This document shows positions 50,193 through 60,700 of a stretch of DNA of 64,000 bases, piece by piece (the first letter of the stretch is position 1; each line of letters opens with the position of its first letter). The position numbers were made by a program, and so were the translations under genes. Below the pieces are notes generated by a model. The model was not told where the DNA came from. It did not search any database and saw only the letters and a program-made list of their open reading frames with translations. Origin of the DNA: an uncultured virus (IMG/VR IMGVR_UViG_3300033571_014589) (taxonomy: Duplodnaviria > Heunggongvirae > Uroviricota > Caudoviricetes); IMG/VR virus record IMGVR_UViG_3300033571_014589, positions 1 to 64,000 of that record, one strand, 5' to 3'.

Positions 50193-53100
50193 ATGGCAAC
50201 AAGCAATAAAGTTTTCGTTTCACCTGGAGTATATACTTCAGAACGTGATTTATCTTTTGTGGCACAAAGTGTGGGTGTTACAACATTAGGTATCGTAGGA
50301 GAAACTTTGAAAGGTCCAGCATTTGAACCAATCTTTATCACAAGTTTCGATGAATTTCAAGCGGTTTTCGGAGGTACACTTCCTGAAAAATTCGTAAACA
50401 CACAAATCCCTAAATATGAAGCGGCATACATTGCAAAATCATATTTACAACAATCAAATCAACTTTTTGTTACAAGAGTTTTAGGTTTGTCAGGTTATGA
50501 CGCAGGACCTTCTTGGTCAATCACGTCTGTGGCAAACGTAAATGGTTCTACAGTAATTCAAAACGCAACACCTTCAAGTGTTGTCGTTACATTCACAGGT
50601 AGTACAGGTTCAACTTCAGTATCTTTTGGTTCATTTGCGTCAACTGTATTTGCAAATGATGTAAATACAACACAATCATTAACTGATGGAACCACAACAA
50701 CTATTAAAAATCAGTTGGATAGTTTTGTAAATTCAGTAATGAATACAAACTCAACAAGTGCAACAACAGCGTATGTATTTGGAACATTAGGTGACACTGT
50801 TTATAATACCTTGACAGGTGCTGGTTATACAGGTCTTACAAATGTTTATAACGTACCATCTTTAAAAAATTCATTAACATCATATTCAAGTAGGGATAAC
50901 GATGCTTGGTATTACTCACAATTTAATATTAGTTCAGGTAATAACTATAGTGGTTATTCATTTAGTGTTGCGGTAACATCACTATCAGGAACCGCATTTG
51001 GAACCGCAGGACAATTTTCAGGTTCTGTAACAATTTCCGCATCAACATTACTTGGAACTGCTTATACCGATTGGAATAATGTTGTGTTAGCAACTCTTCG
51101 TTCAAGAGGTATCGCACCATATGATAATTCAACAAATCCTGATTATCAGGTAACAGGAACTACAGATGTTATTATTGATTTAAGTGGAGTATATTCAGGT
51201 ACAAGTAAAACACCTTTTGGTTCATTTGCAATTTCGGGTGTAACATACGAAGGTAATACATTTAATTTCAAAACATCCCTTGATTCAACAGACCCAAATT
51301 ATATTTCAAAAGTATTTGGTTTATCTAATTTCGGAAAAGATAGAAATGATGTTCCATTGTTTGTTGAAGAAAGTTTCAGCAATATGTTGACCTATGGTTA
51401 TCAAATGGGTTACGTTAAGTCTATTGGTAGTACATTAAAAGGATTACCATCAGCACAAGACGATAACGGAACAAACACATCAATAGGTTGGTATTTGGAA
51501 CAATATCAAACACCTGAAACACCTTACTTAGTTTCTGAATTAAGAGGTAACACAGTTTATGATTTGTTTAAATTTATATCAATTTCTGATGGTAACGCAG
51601 CAAATGCTGAAATTAAAATTTCAATATTAAACATTTCATTTACAAATGGAACATTTGATGTTGGTGTTCGTGATTTTAATGATACAGACCAAAATCCTGT
51701 ATTCATTGAAAAGTTCACAAATTGTTCAATGAACCCAAGTAATAATAACTTTATCGGTGTGAAGATTGGAACAAGTGATGGTGAATACGTACAACGTTCA
51801 AAATTCATAATGGTTGAATTAAACCCTGAAGCTCCGATAGATGCACTTCCTTGTGGTTTTAGAGGTTATCCTTTAAGAACATATAACGGTGTTACATCAG
51901 CATTTCCAATCTACAAAACACAATATGAAACAGCAGGTGATAATACTTTTTATCCTCCTTTTGGTTCACAACAGGTAAGTTCAGGTGATAAAGTTAACAG
52001 AACTTATTTGGGTATTTCAAATACTGTTGGTATTGACCAAGAATATTTCAACTATAAAGGAAAACAAAACCCTACAAATATTGCAACGGCAACAAGTTCA
52101 AATCCTTGGAATTTTATATCAAAAGGATATCACTTAGATTCAGGAGCAACAGTTGTAACAATTCCTTCAACTTATTCTACTTCAGGTACATCAGCATTTG
52201 AAGTTGGTGATGCGTCCTTTAGTTCAGAACCAACAGATTCAACAAGTCCATACTACAGATTAAACGCAAGGAAATTCACTTTGGTTCCTGCGGGTGGTTT
52301 TGATGGCTGGGATATTTACAGAGAATACAGAACAAATGGTGATAATTTCATCATTGGAGGTTCAGGATTCTTGAAAGGTTTTGCACCAACATCACAATTC
52401 CCTACCGCAACTGGTTGGGGAGCGTTTAAGAAGATTACTGTTGACGGTAATTCAAATGATTGGGCTAACACCGATTATTATGCATACTTAAAAGGTCAGA
52501 AGACTTTCGCAAATCCTGAAGCGGTTAACATTAATATTTTTGTTACTCCGGGTATTGATTTTGTTAATAACTCAAACCTTGTTGAAGACGCAATTGATAT
52601 GATTGAAAATGATAGAGCGGATTCACTTTATATTACAACTTGTCCTGATTATAATATGTTTGTATCAAATACAACATCATCAGAAAACTTGATTTACCCT
52701 CAAGAAGCGGTTGATAATTTGGAAACAACAGGAATCGACTCTAACTACACCGCAACTTATTATCCTTGGGTATTGACAAGAGACACTGTAAATAATACAC
52801 AGATTTATCTTCCTCCAACCGCTGAAGTTTGTAGAAACTTGGCGTTGACCGATAACATCGCGTTCCCTTGGTTCGCATCTGCGGGTTACACAAGAGGTAT
52901 TGTAAATGCGGTTAAAGCAAGAAAGAAACTAACACAAGAAGACAGAGATACCCTTTATCAAGGTCATATTAATCCAATTGCGACATTCTCTGATGTTGGA
53001 ACAGTAATTTGGGGTAATAAAACAACACAAATTGCTGAATCCGCTCTTGACAGAATCAACGTAAGAAGATTGTTATTACAAGCTCGTAAGTTGATTTCAG

Positions 53101-53360
53101 CAGTCGCAGTTAGATTGTTGTTTGAACAAAATGACGACAAGGTAAGACAAGACTTCTTGGATTCTGTGAACCCAATCTTGGATTCAATTAGAAGAGACAG
53201 AGGTTTAATTGACTTCAGAGTTGTAGTAACAAATACACCTGAAGATTTAGATAGAAACCAAATGACTGGTAAGATTTATCTAAAACCAACCAAAGCTCTT
53301 GAATTCATTGATATTGAGTTCTTAATTACACCATCAGGTGCATCATTTGAGAATATCTAA
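50193..53360 (+). CDS. gp18: Contractile tail sheath protein, gp18-like
   Basis: FVSPGVYTSERD, GETLKGPAFEP, YYPWV, PWFASAG..RG, INPI, WGNKT, RINVRRLL, LFEQND. Confidence 0.95.
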   Translation: MATSNKVFVSPGVYTSERDLSFVAQSVGVTTLGIVGETLKGPAFEPIFITSFDEFQAVFGGTLPEKFVNTQIPKYEAAYIAKSYLQQSNQLFVTRVLGLSGYDAGPSWSITSVANVNGSTVIQNATPSSVVVTFTGSTGSTSVSFGSFASTVFANDVNTTQSLTDGTTTTIKNQLDSFVNSVMNTNSTSATTAYVFGTLGDTVYNTLTGAGYTGLTNVYNVPSLKNSLTSYSSRDNDAWYYSQFNISSGNNYSGYSFSVAVTSLSGTAFGTAGQFSGSVTISASTLLGTAYTDWNNVVLATLRSRGIAPYDNSTNPDYQVTGTTDVIIDLSGVYSGTSKTPFGSFAISGVTYEGNTFNFKTSLDSTDPNYISKVFGLSNFGKDRNDVPLFVEESFSNMLTYGYQMGYVKSIGSTLKGLPSAQDDNGTNTSIGWYLEQYQTPETPYLVSELRGNTVYDLFKFISISDGNAANAEIKISILNISFTNGTFDVGVRDFNDTDQNPVFIEKFTNCSMNPSNNNFIGVKIGTSDGEYVQRSKFIMVELNPEAPIDALPCGFRGYPLRTYNGVTSAFPIYKTQYETAGDNTFYPPFGSQQVSSGDKVNRTYLGISNTVGIDQEYFNYKGKQNPTNIATATSSNPWNFISKGYHLDSGATVVTIPSTYSTSGTSAFEVGDASFSSEPTDSTSPYYRLNARKFTLVPAGGFDGWDIYREYRTNGDNFIIGGSGFLKGFAPTSQFPTATGWGAFKKITVDGNSNDWANTDYYAYLKGQKTFANPEAVNINIFVTPGIDFVNNSNLVEDAIDMIENDRADSLYITTCPDYNMFVSNTTSSENLIYPQEAVDNLETTGIDSNYTATYYPWVLTRDTVNNTQIYLPPTAEVCRNLALTDNIAFPWFASAGYTRGIVNAVKARKKLTQEDRDTLYQGHINPIATFSDVGTVIWGNKTTQIAESALDRINVRRLLLQARKLISAVAVRLLFEQNDDKVRQDFLDSVNPILDSIRRDRGLIDFRVVVTNTPEDLDRNQMTGKIYLKPTKALEFIDIEFLITPSGASFENI

Positions 53361-53370
53361 TAAACATTAT

Positions 53371-53402
53371 TATGGGGTGGGGAAAAAATAACCCACCCCA
53401 TA
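53371..53402 (+). terminator. Hairpin after the sheath gene (terminator or mRNA stabiliser)
   Basis: TATGGGGTGGG-10 nt-CCCACCCCATA. Confidence 0.75.
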
Positions 53403-53424
53403 TATTTATAATTAAAATACAACT

Positions 53425-53568
53425 ATGAAATTCACAAAAAAAGTATTGTTTGAAAATATGGAAGTTAAGACCAATGGTTTAAAAACTTATTCTGAAAAAC
53501 CTCAGTCTATAATTGTTAGTGAATCACAATTAGAAAGAGTAATTCAAAAAATTTTAAATAAAAAATGA
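53425..53568 (+). CDS. Small protein (47 aa; not in ORF track) with IIVSESQLERVI motif
   Basis: MKFTKKVLFENMEVKTNGLKTYSEKPQSIIVSESQLERVIQKILNKK*; ATGA overlap with the next gene; TATTTAT upstream. Confidence 0.65.
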   Translation: MKFTKKVLFENMEVKTNGLKTYSEKPQSIIVSESQLERVIQKILNKK

Positions 53569-54416
53569 ATTATAAAAAACTAATTAGACGTACCCTACAT
53601 AAATTGTCTGAAGGATTTGACCCTAGTGGTCTTCCTGACCATAAATACTATGCTTTTGATTGGGATGATAACGTAATGAACATGCCAACAAAAATCATAG
53701 TATTAGATGAAGATGGTAATGAAGTTGGTATTTCTACTGATGATTTTACCGAACATAGACATCAGATAGGTAAAGAACCTTTTGTATATAATGGTAAAAC
53801 TATTATATCATACGCCGAAAGACCATTTAGAAATTTCAGAGATGAAGGAGAAGCTCAATTCTTGGAAGATATCATGTCAGCAGGATTCGGACCTTCTTGG
53901 AACGACTTTGTTGAATGTATAAATGGGGGTTCAATTTTTGCAATTATTACAGCACGTGGACACAACCCTGAAATCCTTAAAGAAGCGGTATATAAACTCA
54001 TTAAAAACAATATTGGTGGGTTAGATGAGGAAAAGGTTGTTGAGTCGTTAAAAATGTATCATGAGTTAACTGATAAAGAAATTAAAGATGATGATACAAT
54101 GATTAGAGAATATTTGGACATGTGTAGGTTTCATCCTGTTTCATTTGGTACAGGTGCGGAAGCAAATCCTGAAGAAGGAAAAGTTAATGCATTAAGAGAA
54201 TTTATAGGTTATGTAAAACAAGTTTCAAGAGAAATTGGTGGAAGAACCTTATTTAAAAATGACGTTACAAATAATTTTATCATCCCTAAAATTGGTTTTT
54301 CAGATGATGATGAAAAAAATATTGAAAAAATTAAAGATTTCTTAAATAAAGAATTTGGCCTAGAAGCTCCAGTACAGACATATTTAACTAAATCAAATAT
54401 TAAAAGAAAATATTAA
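53565..54416 (+). CDS. HAD-superfamily phosphatase
   Basis: AFDWDDN, IITARGH, K, GFSDDD.KN. Confidence 0.75.
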   Translation: MNYKKLIRRTLHKLSEGFDPSGLPDHKYYAFDWDDNVMNMPTKIIVLDEDGNEVGISTDDFTEHRHQIGKEPFVYNGKTIISYAERPFRNFRDEGEAQFLEDIMSAGFGPSWNDFVECINGGSIFAIITARGHNPEILKEAVYKLIKNNIGGLDEEKVVESLKMYHELTDKEIKDDDTMIREYLDMCRFHPVSFGTGAEANPEEGKVNALREFIGYVKQVSREIGGRTLFKNDVTNNFIIPKIGFSDDDEKNIEKIKDFLNKEFGLEAPVQTYLTKSNIKRKY

Positions 54417-54521
54417 TAATAATTAAAACCAGATTACCTAGGCAATTATATATGAAAAAAACTAAATAGTAAATATTTATATAGAAAATAAACTAAAGAA
54501 AACAAAATAATGAAATAAAAT

Positions 54522-55010
54522 ATGGCAGACTTATTAATGAAAATGCCCGACCCATACGAACCGAAACAGAAACATAGGTTTATAATGACATTTCCATCCT
54601 CTTTGGGTATTAATTCTTGGTATGTAGAATCAACAAAGAGACCAAAAGTAACAATTAACAAAGCTGATATACCATTTTTGAATACAAAAACTTATGTTGC
54701 AACAAATTTTGAATGGGACACAATTGGAGTTACATTTAGGGACCCAATTGGACCATCAGCGGCACAGGCGTTAATGGAGTGGGTCAGATTACATGCTGAA
54801 TCAGTTACAGGGAGAATGGGTTACTCATCAGGGTATAAAAAGGACATTACACTTGAAATGCTTGACCCAACAGGAGTTGCGGTGGAAAAATGGATATTAC
54901 AAGGTTGTTTCCTAACTGATGTAGATTTCAAAGAATTATCATATGGTGAAGGTGGAATACAAACAATTTCTTGTACGTTGCGTCCAGACCGTTGTATATT
55001 GGTTTATTGA
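54522..55010 (+). CDS. gp19: Tail tube protein, gp19-like
   Basis: YEPKQKHRF, W.TI.VTFRDPI, YKKDI.LEMLDPTG..VEKW.L.G.F. Confidence 0.88.
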   Translation: MADLLMKMPDPYEPKQKHRFIMTFPSSLGINSWYVESTKRPKVTINKADIPFLNTKTYVATNFEWDTIGVTFRDPIGPSAAQALMEWVRLHAESVTGRMGYSSGYKKDITLEMLDPTGVAVEKWILQGCFLTDVDFKELSYGEGGIQTISCTLRPDRCILVY

Positions 55011-55040
55011 AAATTTAAGTACCCTTTACAACCGAATTTT

Positions 55041-55077
55041 AAATCCATATATTTATTTATATGGATTTTATTTTTTT
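55041..55077 (+). terminator. Intrinsic terminator after the tube gene
   Basis: AAATCCATATA-tttatt-TATATGGATTT followed by a T-tract. Confidence 0.65.
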
Positions 55078-55101
55078 CCATAAAAGTAACTAAATAATAT
55101 T

Positions 55102-55863
55102 ATGAACAACGAAATACAATACGGTCAAGTTAATTTTAATTTACCACATGATGTAGTACCATTACCATCTCAAGGTATATTTTACAAAAATAAAAAGAAA
55201 TCGATTAAAGTAGGTTATTTAACCGCTCAAGATGAAAATTTATTGATGTCAAATAATTTACAAGGAGCTGAATTAATGACACAATTAATTAGAACAAAGA
55301 TTTATGAACCTGAAATTAAGATTGAAGATTTATTACCAGGTGATATTGAAGCGGTTTTAATATTTCTAAGAAACACTGCTTTTGGTACAAATTATAATAT
55401 TTCGGCATTGGACCCACAAACGGGAAAAAGATTTGATGCGGGTGTTGATTTAGGTGAAATGAACATTAAGAATGTTAGTGAAAAACCTGATGAAAATGGA
55501 TTTTTTACAGTTAAATTACCAACATCAAAAGATATACTTCAGGTTAAATTATTAACATACGGGGAAGATACCGCAATTGAAAATGAAATGAAGATGTATC
55601 CAAACAGTATGGTTAAACCAATTATTACAAGAAAATTGGAACAACAAATTGTATCAGTTAATGGGTCAAGTGATAGAGGTTCAATATCTTTATATGTAAC
55701 AAATATGCCAATTGCTGATTCAAAATATGTAAGAAAATTTTTAAATGAGGTTGAACCACGTTTGGACTTAAACAAAAAAATTCAAACCCCGTCAGGAGAA
55801 CTAATTGATATTAATATCAATTTTGGGGTTGAGTTTTTTCGGCCTTTCTTCTCAGTACAGTAA
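55102..55863 (+). CDS. Tail/baseplate hub assembly chaperone, gp26-like
   Basis: V.LPSQG.FY, YLTAQDE.LL, L..GD..A.LIFLR..AFG..Y, C-terminal FGVEFF. Confidence 0.75.
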   Translation: MNNEIQYGQVNFNLPHDVVPLPSQGIFYKNKKKSIKVGYLTAQDENLLMSNNLQGAELMTQLIRTKIYEPEIKIEDLLPGDIEAVLIFLRNTAFGTNYNISALDPQTGKRFDAGVDLGEMNIKNVSEKPDENGFFTVKLPTSKDILQVKLLTYGEDTAIENEMKMYPNSMVKPIITRKLEQQIVSVNGSSDRGSISLYVTNMPIADSKYVRKFLNEVEPRLDLNKKIQTPSGELIDININFGVEFFRPFFSVQ

Positions 55864-56008
55864 AGTCCTATTGGATGAAATTTATTTTTTGATTAAGGAC
55901 GGATTTACATATTCCGACATCATGGTCATGCCAACGTATCAAAGAAAATACTTTTTAGGTAAAATTATGCAACGTATCGATTCAATTGACGATGATAATA
56001 AAAAATAA
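55838..56008 (+). CDS. gp51-like chaperone extension, probably expressed by +1 frameshift from the upstream gene
   Basis: FGLSSQYSKVLLDEIYFL..GFTYSDIMVMPTYQRKYFL; no convincing start of its own; overlaps the upstream gene at TTT TTT CGG. Confidence 0.65.
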   Translation, partial: FGLSSQYSKVLLDEIYFLIKDGFTYSDIMVMPTYQRKYFLGKIMQRIDSIDDDNKK

Positions 56009-56027
56009 ATAATAGGTATTTATTTAT

Positions 56028-57656
56028 ATGTTAGATTTAAATAATATAGACAATGCACAACAGTTAGAAGGCATTTACTCTAAGATAAATAGAAGTGTAT
56101 TATCTGTTAGGGATACTCTGACCGAAACAGATAATATATTAAAAGTATTATTAGGTTCCGCAGGACAAGTAGTTGATAAAGTATCTGTTTTTGATTCTAA
56201 AGTAATTTCAACATCTAGAAGTTTGGGACAAGGTGTTTCCTATGCTAAGGATTTAGAACAAAATTTTGCAAATGTTGCGGAAAGAATAATTAAAATCGGT
56301 GGAAATGCGGACGATGTTGTTGACATATTTAAAACAATGTCAACCGAAATGGGTAGAACGGTTTCATTCACTGAAGAGGCTCTATTCAATATGGCTTTGT
56401 TAAAACAAGTTGGTGTAAGTGATGATTCAATAAAAAGTTTTAATAAATTGTATGATACAATTGGTGGAACTTTTGATGAAGCCGCGACACAACAAATGAT
56501 GTTAGTCAATCAAGCTAAAAGCTATGGATTAAATGTTGGACAATTTATGACTGCGGTATCAGGTCAATTAACAAAAATTAACCAATATGGGTTTCCAAAT
56601 GGTGTTAAAGATTTGGGTGAAATGGTAAGTCGTTCCAAGTTATTAGGAATGAATATGGAAACGGCAATGGGTTTTGCAGATAAGATAATGGACAGTCCTG
56701 AAACGGCAATGGATATTGCCGCACAATTACAAACACTTGGAGGTTCATTTTCATCACTTGCCGACCCTATGGAATTATTATATCTAGCTCAGAATGATTT
56801 AGCGGGGTTAAATGATAAGATAATTAATGCCACTCGTGGATTGGCAACATTTAATAAAGAAACAGGTCAATTTGAAATCAGTGTTAGTGAACGTATGAGA
56901 ATTAAACAAGTTGCAACACAATTTGGTACGGACGCTAATACAATTATTGAAACCTCTTTGAAATTGGCTAAACAAGAACAAATTTTACAAAATCTTAATT
57001 TACAACCAAATTTTAAAGGATTAAGCGAAGAAGATAAAGTTTTAATATCATCATATTCACAATTATCTAAGGAGGGTGGAGTTAAGTTAGAAGGTAAGAC
57101 TATTAGTGAATTTAATAGTGGTCAAATAAATGATTTAATTAATCGATTAAGAGGAACCGAGAAAGAACAATTGTTAACTGATAAAAACGCAATGGATGAA
57201 AATGCTAAACGTATATATGAAAATTCATCAGCGTTAGAAAGAACAACAATACAACAAAATTTATTTAGTAATGCATTATCTTTAGCTGCCTTGCAGTCAG
57301 GTAACTTTCGAGAAAGTTTAAATAGTCTTTCTAATGTATTTGCATCAATTATTGGGGCTGGAGGTAATTTGAAAAGTACTTTTGGAGATAAAGCTATGAG
57401 TATGTTAGATGAAGGCGCCACAAAATTTAAATTAGCTGCAGATGGATTAGGAGAATTAATAAATCAGACTAAAAATCAATCTTCTAATACTCCTAAAGAA
57501 ACAAAAGTAGATTTAATAACTACCACTCCGATAAAAATAACATTAGAAAACACATTAAATTTAGAAAAAGTTATTAAAGATTCTATTAGAAGTGTTATAA
57601 TTGAAACGTTAAAAACTAAAAATGTTGAAATTGTGGAAAATGGTTATTCACGATAA
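56028..57656 (+). CDS. Tape-measure-like protein
   Basis: Helical, A/Q/L-rich; directly after the chaperone pair; TATTTAT upstream. Confidence 0.65.
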   Translation: MLDLNNIDNAQQLEGIYSKINRSVLSVRDTLTETDNILKVLLGSAGQVVDKVSVFDSKVISTSRSLGQGVSYAKDLEQNFANVAERIIKIGGNADDVVDIFKTMSTEMGRTVSFTEEALFNMALLKQVGVSDDSIKSFNKLYDTIGGTFDEAATQQMMLVNQAKSYGLNVGQFMTAVSGQLTKINQYGFPNGVKDLGEMVSRSKLLGMNMETAMGFADKIMDSPETAMDIAAQLQTLGGSFSSLADPMELLYLAQNDLAGLNDKIINATRGLATFNKETGQFEISVSERMRIKQVATQFGTDANTIIETSLKLAKQEQILQNLNLQPNFKGLSEEDKVLISSYSQLSKEGGVKLEGKTISEFNSGQINDLINRLRGTEKEQLLTDKNAMDENAKRIYENSSALERTTIQQNLFSNALSLAALQSGNFRESLNSLSNVFASIIGAGGNLKSTFGDKAMSMLDEGATKFKLAADGLGELINQTKNQSSNTPKETKVDLITTTPIKITLENTLNLEKVIKDSIRSVIIETLKTKNVEIVENGYSR

Positions 57657-57706
57657 ATAATATTAAAAAAAATCATTTTAATCTATTTATAATAAAATAG
57701 AAAAAA

Positions 57707-60700
57707 ATGGCATCAGGTCCTTTATCATTTTCCACAACCGAAAGTCTTAGAAAAAAACTATTATCTAAGAATTTGGAACCATATTTTGTAAATGGTTCAA
57801 CATCACCAAAATCAAACGCACAAGATGTTGGAACCAAAGAAACCGAATGGATTGAACTTCCATTGGTAAATCAACAAGATTTAGATAAATCTGGTGAAAT
57901 TCCGCAAATTAAACTTAACGTATTAAATCAATATGGACCTGATAATGGAAGAGGTCCAAGTGCGGTATTTAAAAATCAAGGAACAAAATCAAATCAAGGT
58001 GAATTTATTTATCAAACAGATAATACCAATAAGTTTAAAGAATCAGAACAAGAACAAAAAGAACTTTTGGTTTTAAATAGGTTCGCACCTCAAAATGGAT
58101 GGTCGGATGCTGCATCAGAGTTAGAATCAAAAATTATTCAACCACAAATAAGAGATGAATATGTATCCGATAGTTTAAAGCCGAACTTATATAGACCATC
58201 AAAATATACATCAGCACAAATATATCTACAAGATAATCCTACTGGTTCAGATGGAACATTAAGTCAAGACTCAATTTTGGCTCAATTGGGGGCGAAAAAA
58301 TTAAAACAATTGTTCTTAGATTCGGTTGCGTTTGAGATAAGACAACAAACAACGGGAAGAGCAAACGCAATTATTGCCGCACAAGACCCATATCTTGCAT
58401 CCAAAATAATAACAGGTAGAGCACCACTAATTGAACCAAATTGGAGTGTAACAGTTCCTGATTCTGCTTTAGGTAAAACTGTTAATTTTGCAGCGAGAGT
58501 CACAGGTGCGTATTCACCATTTTCATATATACCAGGTGATTATTTTTCCTTTGTTCAACCAACAAGTTTATTGAATCAAACAATTAATAGAGTTGCCGGA
58601 TTTTTTGGTTCACCAAATATTCTTCCAACAAGAAAGACCGCATCGGATATTTTCTTAGCATACACGGGACAAGGAACAAGAAAACTTTTATTTGGTAGTT
58701 TGGGTTTAAATAAATTTGCACCTGACTATCGTGCCAATTTCATTAACCAACTTGGTCTATCAGCACCGAAAGGAAATTATTATGTTGGAAGTAGAACTTC
58801 AGAACCATTGGATATCGTATCACCATCAGGTCAAATTCCTGTTAATGAATATGGTAAAGAAGTTGAAACAAATGTATATGGTCCTAGTGTTTTAGGAAAA
58901 CTATATGAAAATGATTTGGAGTTTAAATTTGGATTAAATCAAACTTCAACAATAGATGGCGGCGGGTTACAAGGTGGTTTTACTTGGGTTTCACCAAAGT
59001 ATAAAGGGAATGCTGGTTTTAATGTTGGTAAAGGTGGGGACCCAAAAGGACAAGACCCAAACTATCAACCAATTGCCGCACAATACACAAACTCTGAATC
59101 AACTCAATATAGTTTTAAACAAGGTTCAATACTTGACGATACTCAAAGATTAATTAATTCACAACCAAATGGGGGTAAAAGATTACAACACGTAGGTAAC
59201 GCAATTGACCAAGTGTCAAAAGTGTTTAATGATGGTTATAAGGAAATAACAAAAGGTTCAAGGGTTATAAAATATGTTGACCAAAACGGAACTTTTGTTG
59301 GAACAGAATATGGGAGAGTATTTGCAAAAGACATACCATATTATGAAAATACAAAACTTCAGAAAACAGAAGGAAATATAAGAAAAAATGCGAACTCAAT
59401 TTTAGATAAAACATACAATTTAAATATTTTTCCAACAACAGGTCCTGATTCAACAACAATTTCAGATGGACGAGTTAAAAAATATATGTTGTCTATTGAA
59501 AATCTTGCTTGGAGAACTTCAAGAAGACCTGGTTTAACATATGCTGATTTGCCTGAAAGTGAAAAAGGACCAAATGGTGGAAGGGTTATGTGGTTTCCAC
59601 CATATGATTTATCTTTTTCTGATGACTCAACAGTTGATTGGAATTCAAATACATTCTTAGGAAGACCTGAAGCTATATATACATACAAAGGAACAAGTAG
59701 AGGAGGTTCATTAAATTTTAAAATTGTCGTGGACCACCCTTCAATAATGAATCTAATTGTAAACAATGTATTATCAAACACGAATTCAAGTCAAGTTGCA
59801 GACCAAGTATTGGATTCATTTTTTGCTGGTTTAACTAAGTTTGATATATATGAATTGGCGAAAAAATATCAGAATTTTTCACCAACAGAATTACAAAAAA
59901 TACAAGATACAATTAACCAATCTTCAAATCCTGAAAAAATAAAAGATAGTTTAACTGCTAATCTTAATAAAGGTGGAACAGGCGCTGGAGGGTCAATGAC
60001 ATCAAATGCGTCTATAGGTCTTCAAGATTATAAACCACAATTGTCGGCGTACATTAATAGTGAATTCTTTTTCAACTATAATCAATCGGGTGGTAATTCA
60101 TATTCAGATGCGTTAAATCAATATGAAAGTGATAATAATTTTAAGATAATTAATAATGTCCAAAGTACCGAAATAAAAAATTCATATTCAAGATTGGAAA
60201 ATCTAAGTAATCAAATAAAGAGTACGTTAGATACAAACCCTAATGTTACAATAAAAATTTTATTAAAATCTAATAGTTCTTATAATGAAGCAACGACAGT
60301 CAAGAAAGATAGACTAACTTGTATCGAAGAGAGTATTATTAAAATTGTTGGGAAAAACACTAGACTAACTTTTGAAAACAAACAAGGTAATGATAGTGAT
60401 AAACTACCAACTATTAATTATCCATGTAATAGTGCAACAACTAATAATTATGCTGTTGGACCTGTCGGATGTAGAAGAGTAATAATTGATAATATAATTG
60501 AAACCCCATTACCAAATCAAAATAATCCTAATGGTAGTACAACCCAAAGTCCTTCAACTGTTGTTGGAAATATTGCGTCACAATTCAGATTAAATAATTC
60601 ATTAAATAACATTGCAACAAATGATTCCAGTAATTTAACAGAATCCGTTTCAAAAGCGGTATTAAGAAAGTTATTAAATGAATCAAATTATTTTCAATTT

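Noticed and set aside
768..59781. Short antisense or overlapping ORFs in the track (e.g. 768-1124, 3022-3324, 10626-11012, 32696-33103, 33201-33485, 35743-36120, 38692-39132, 59359-59781)
   Set aside because: They are shadows of well-supported genes, with no recognisable motifs and atypical composition.
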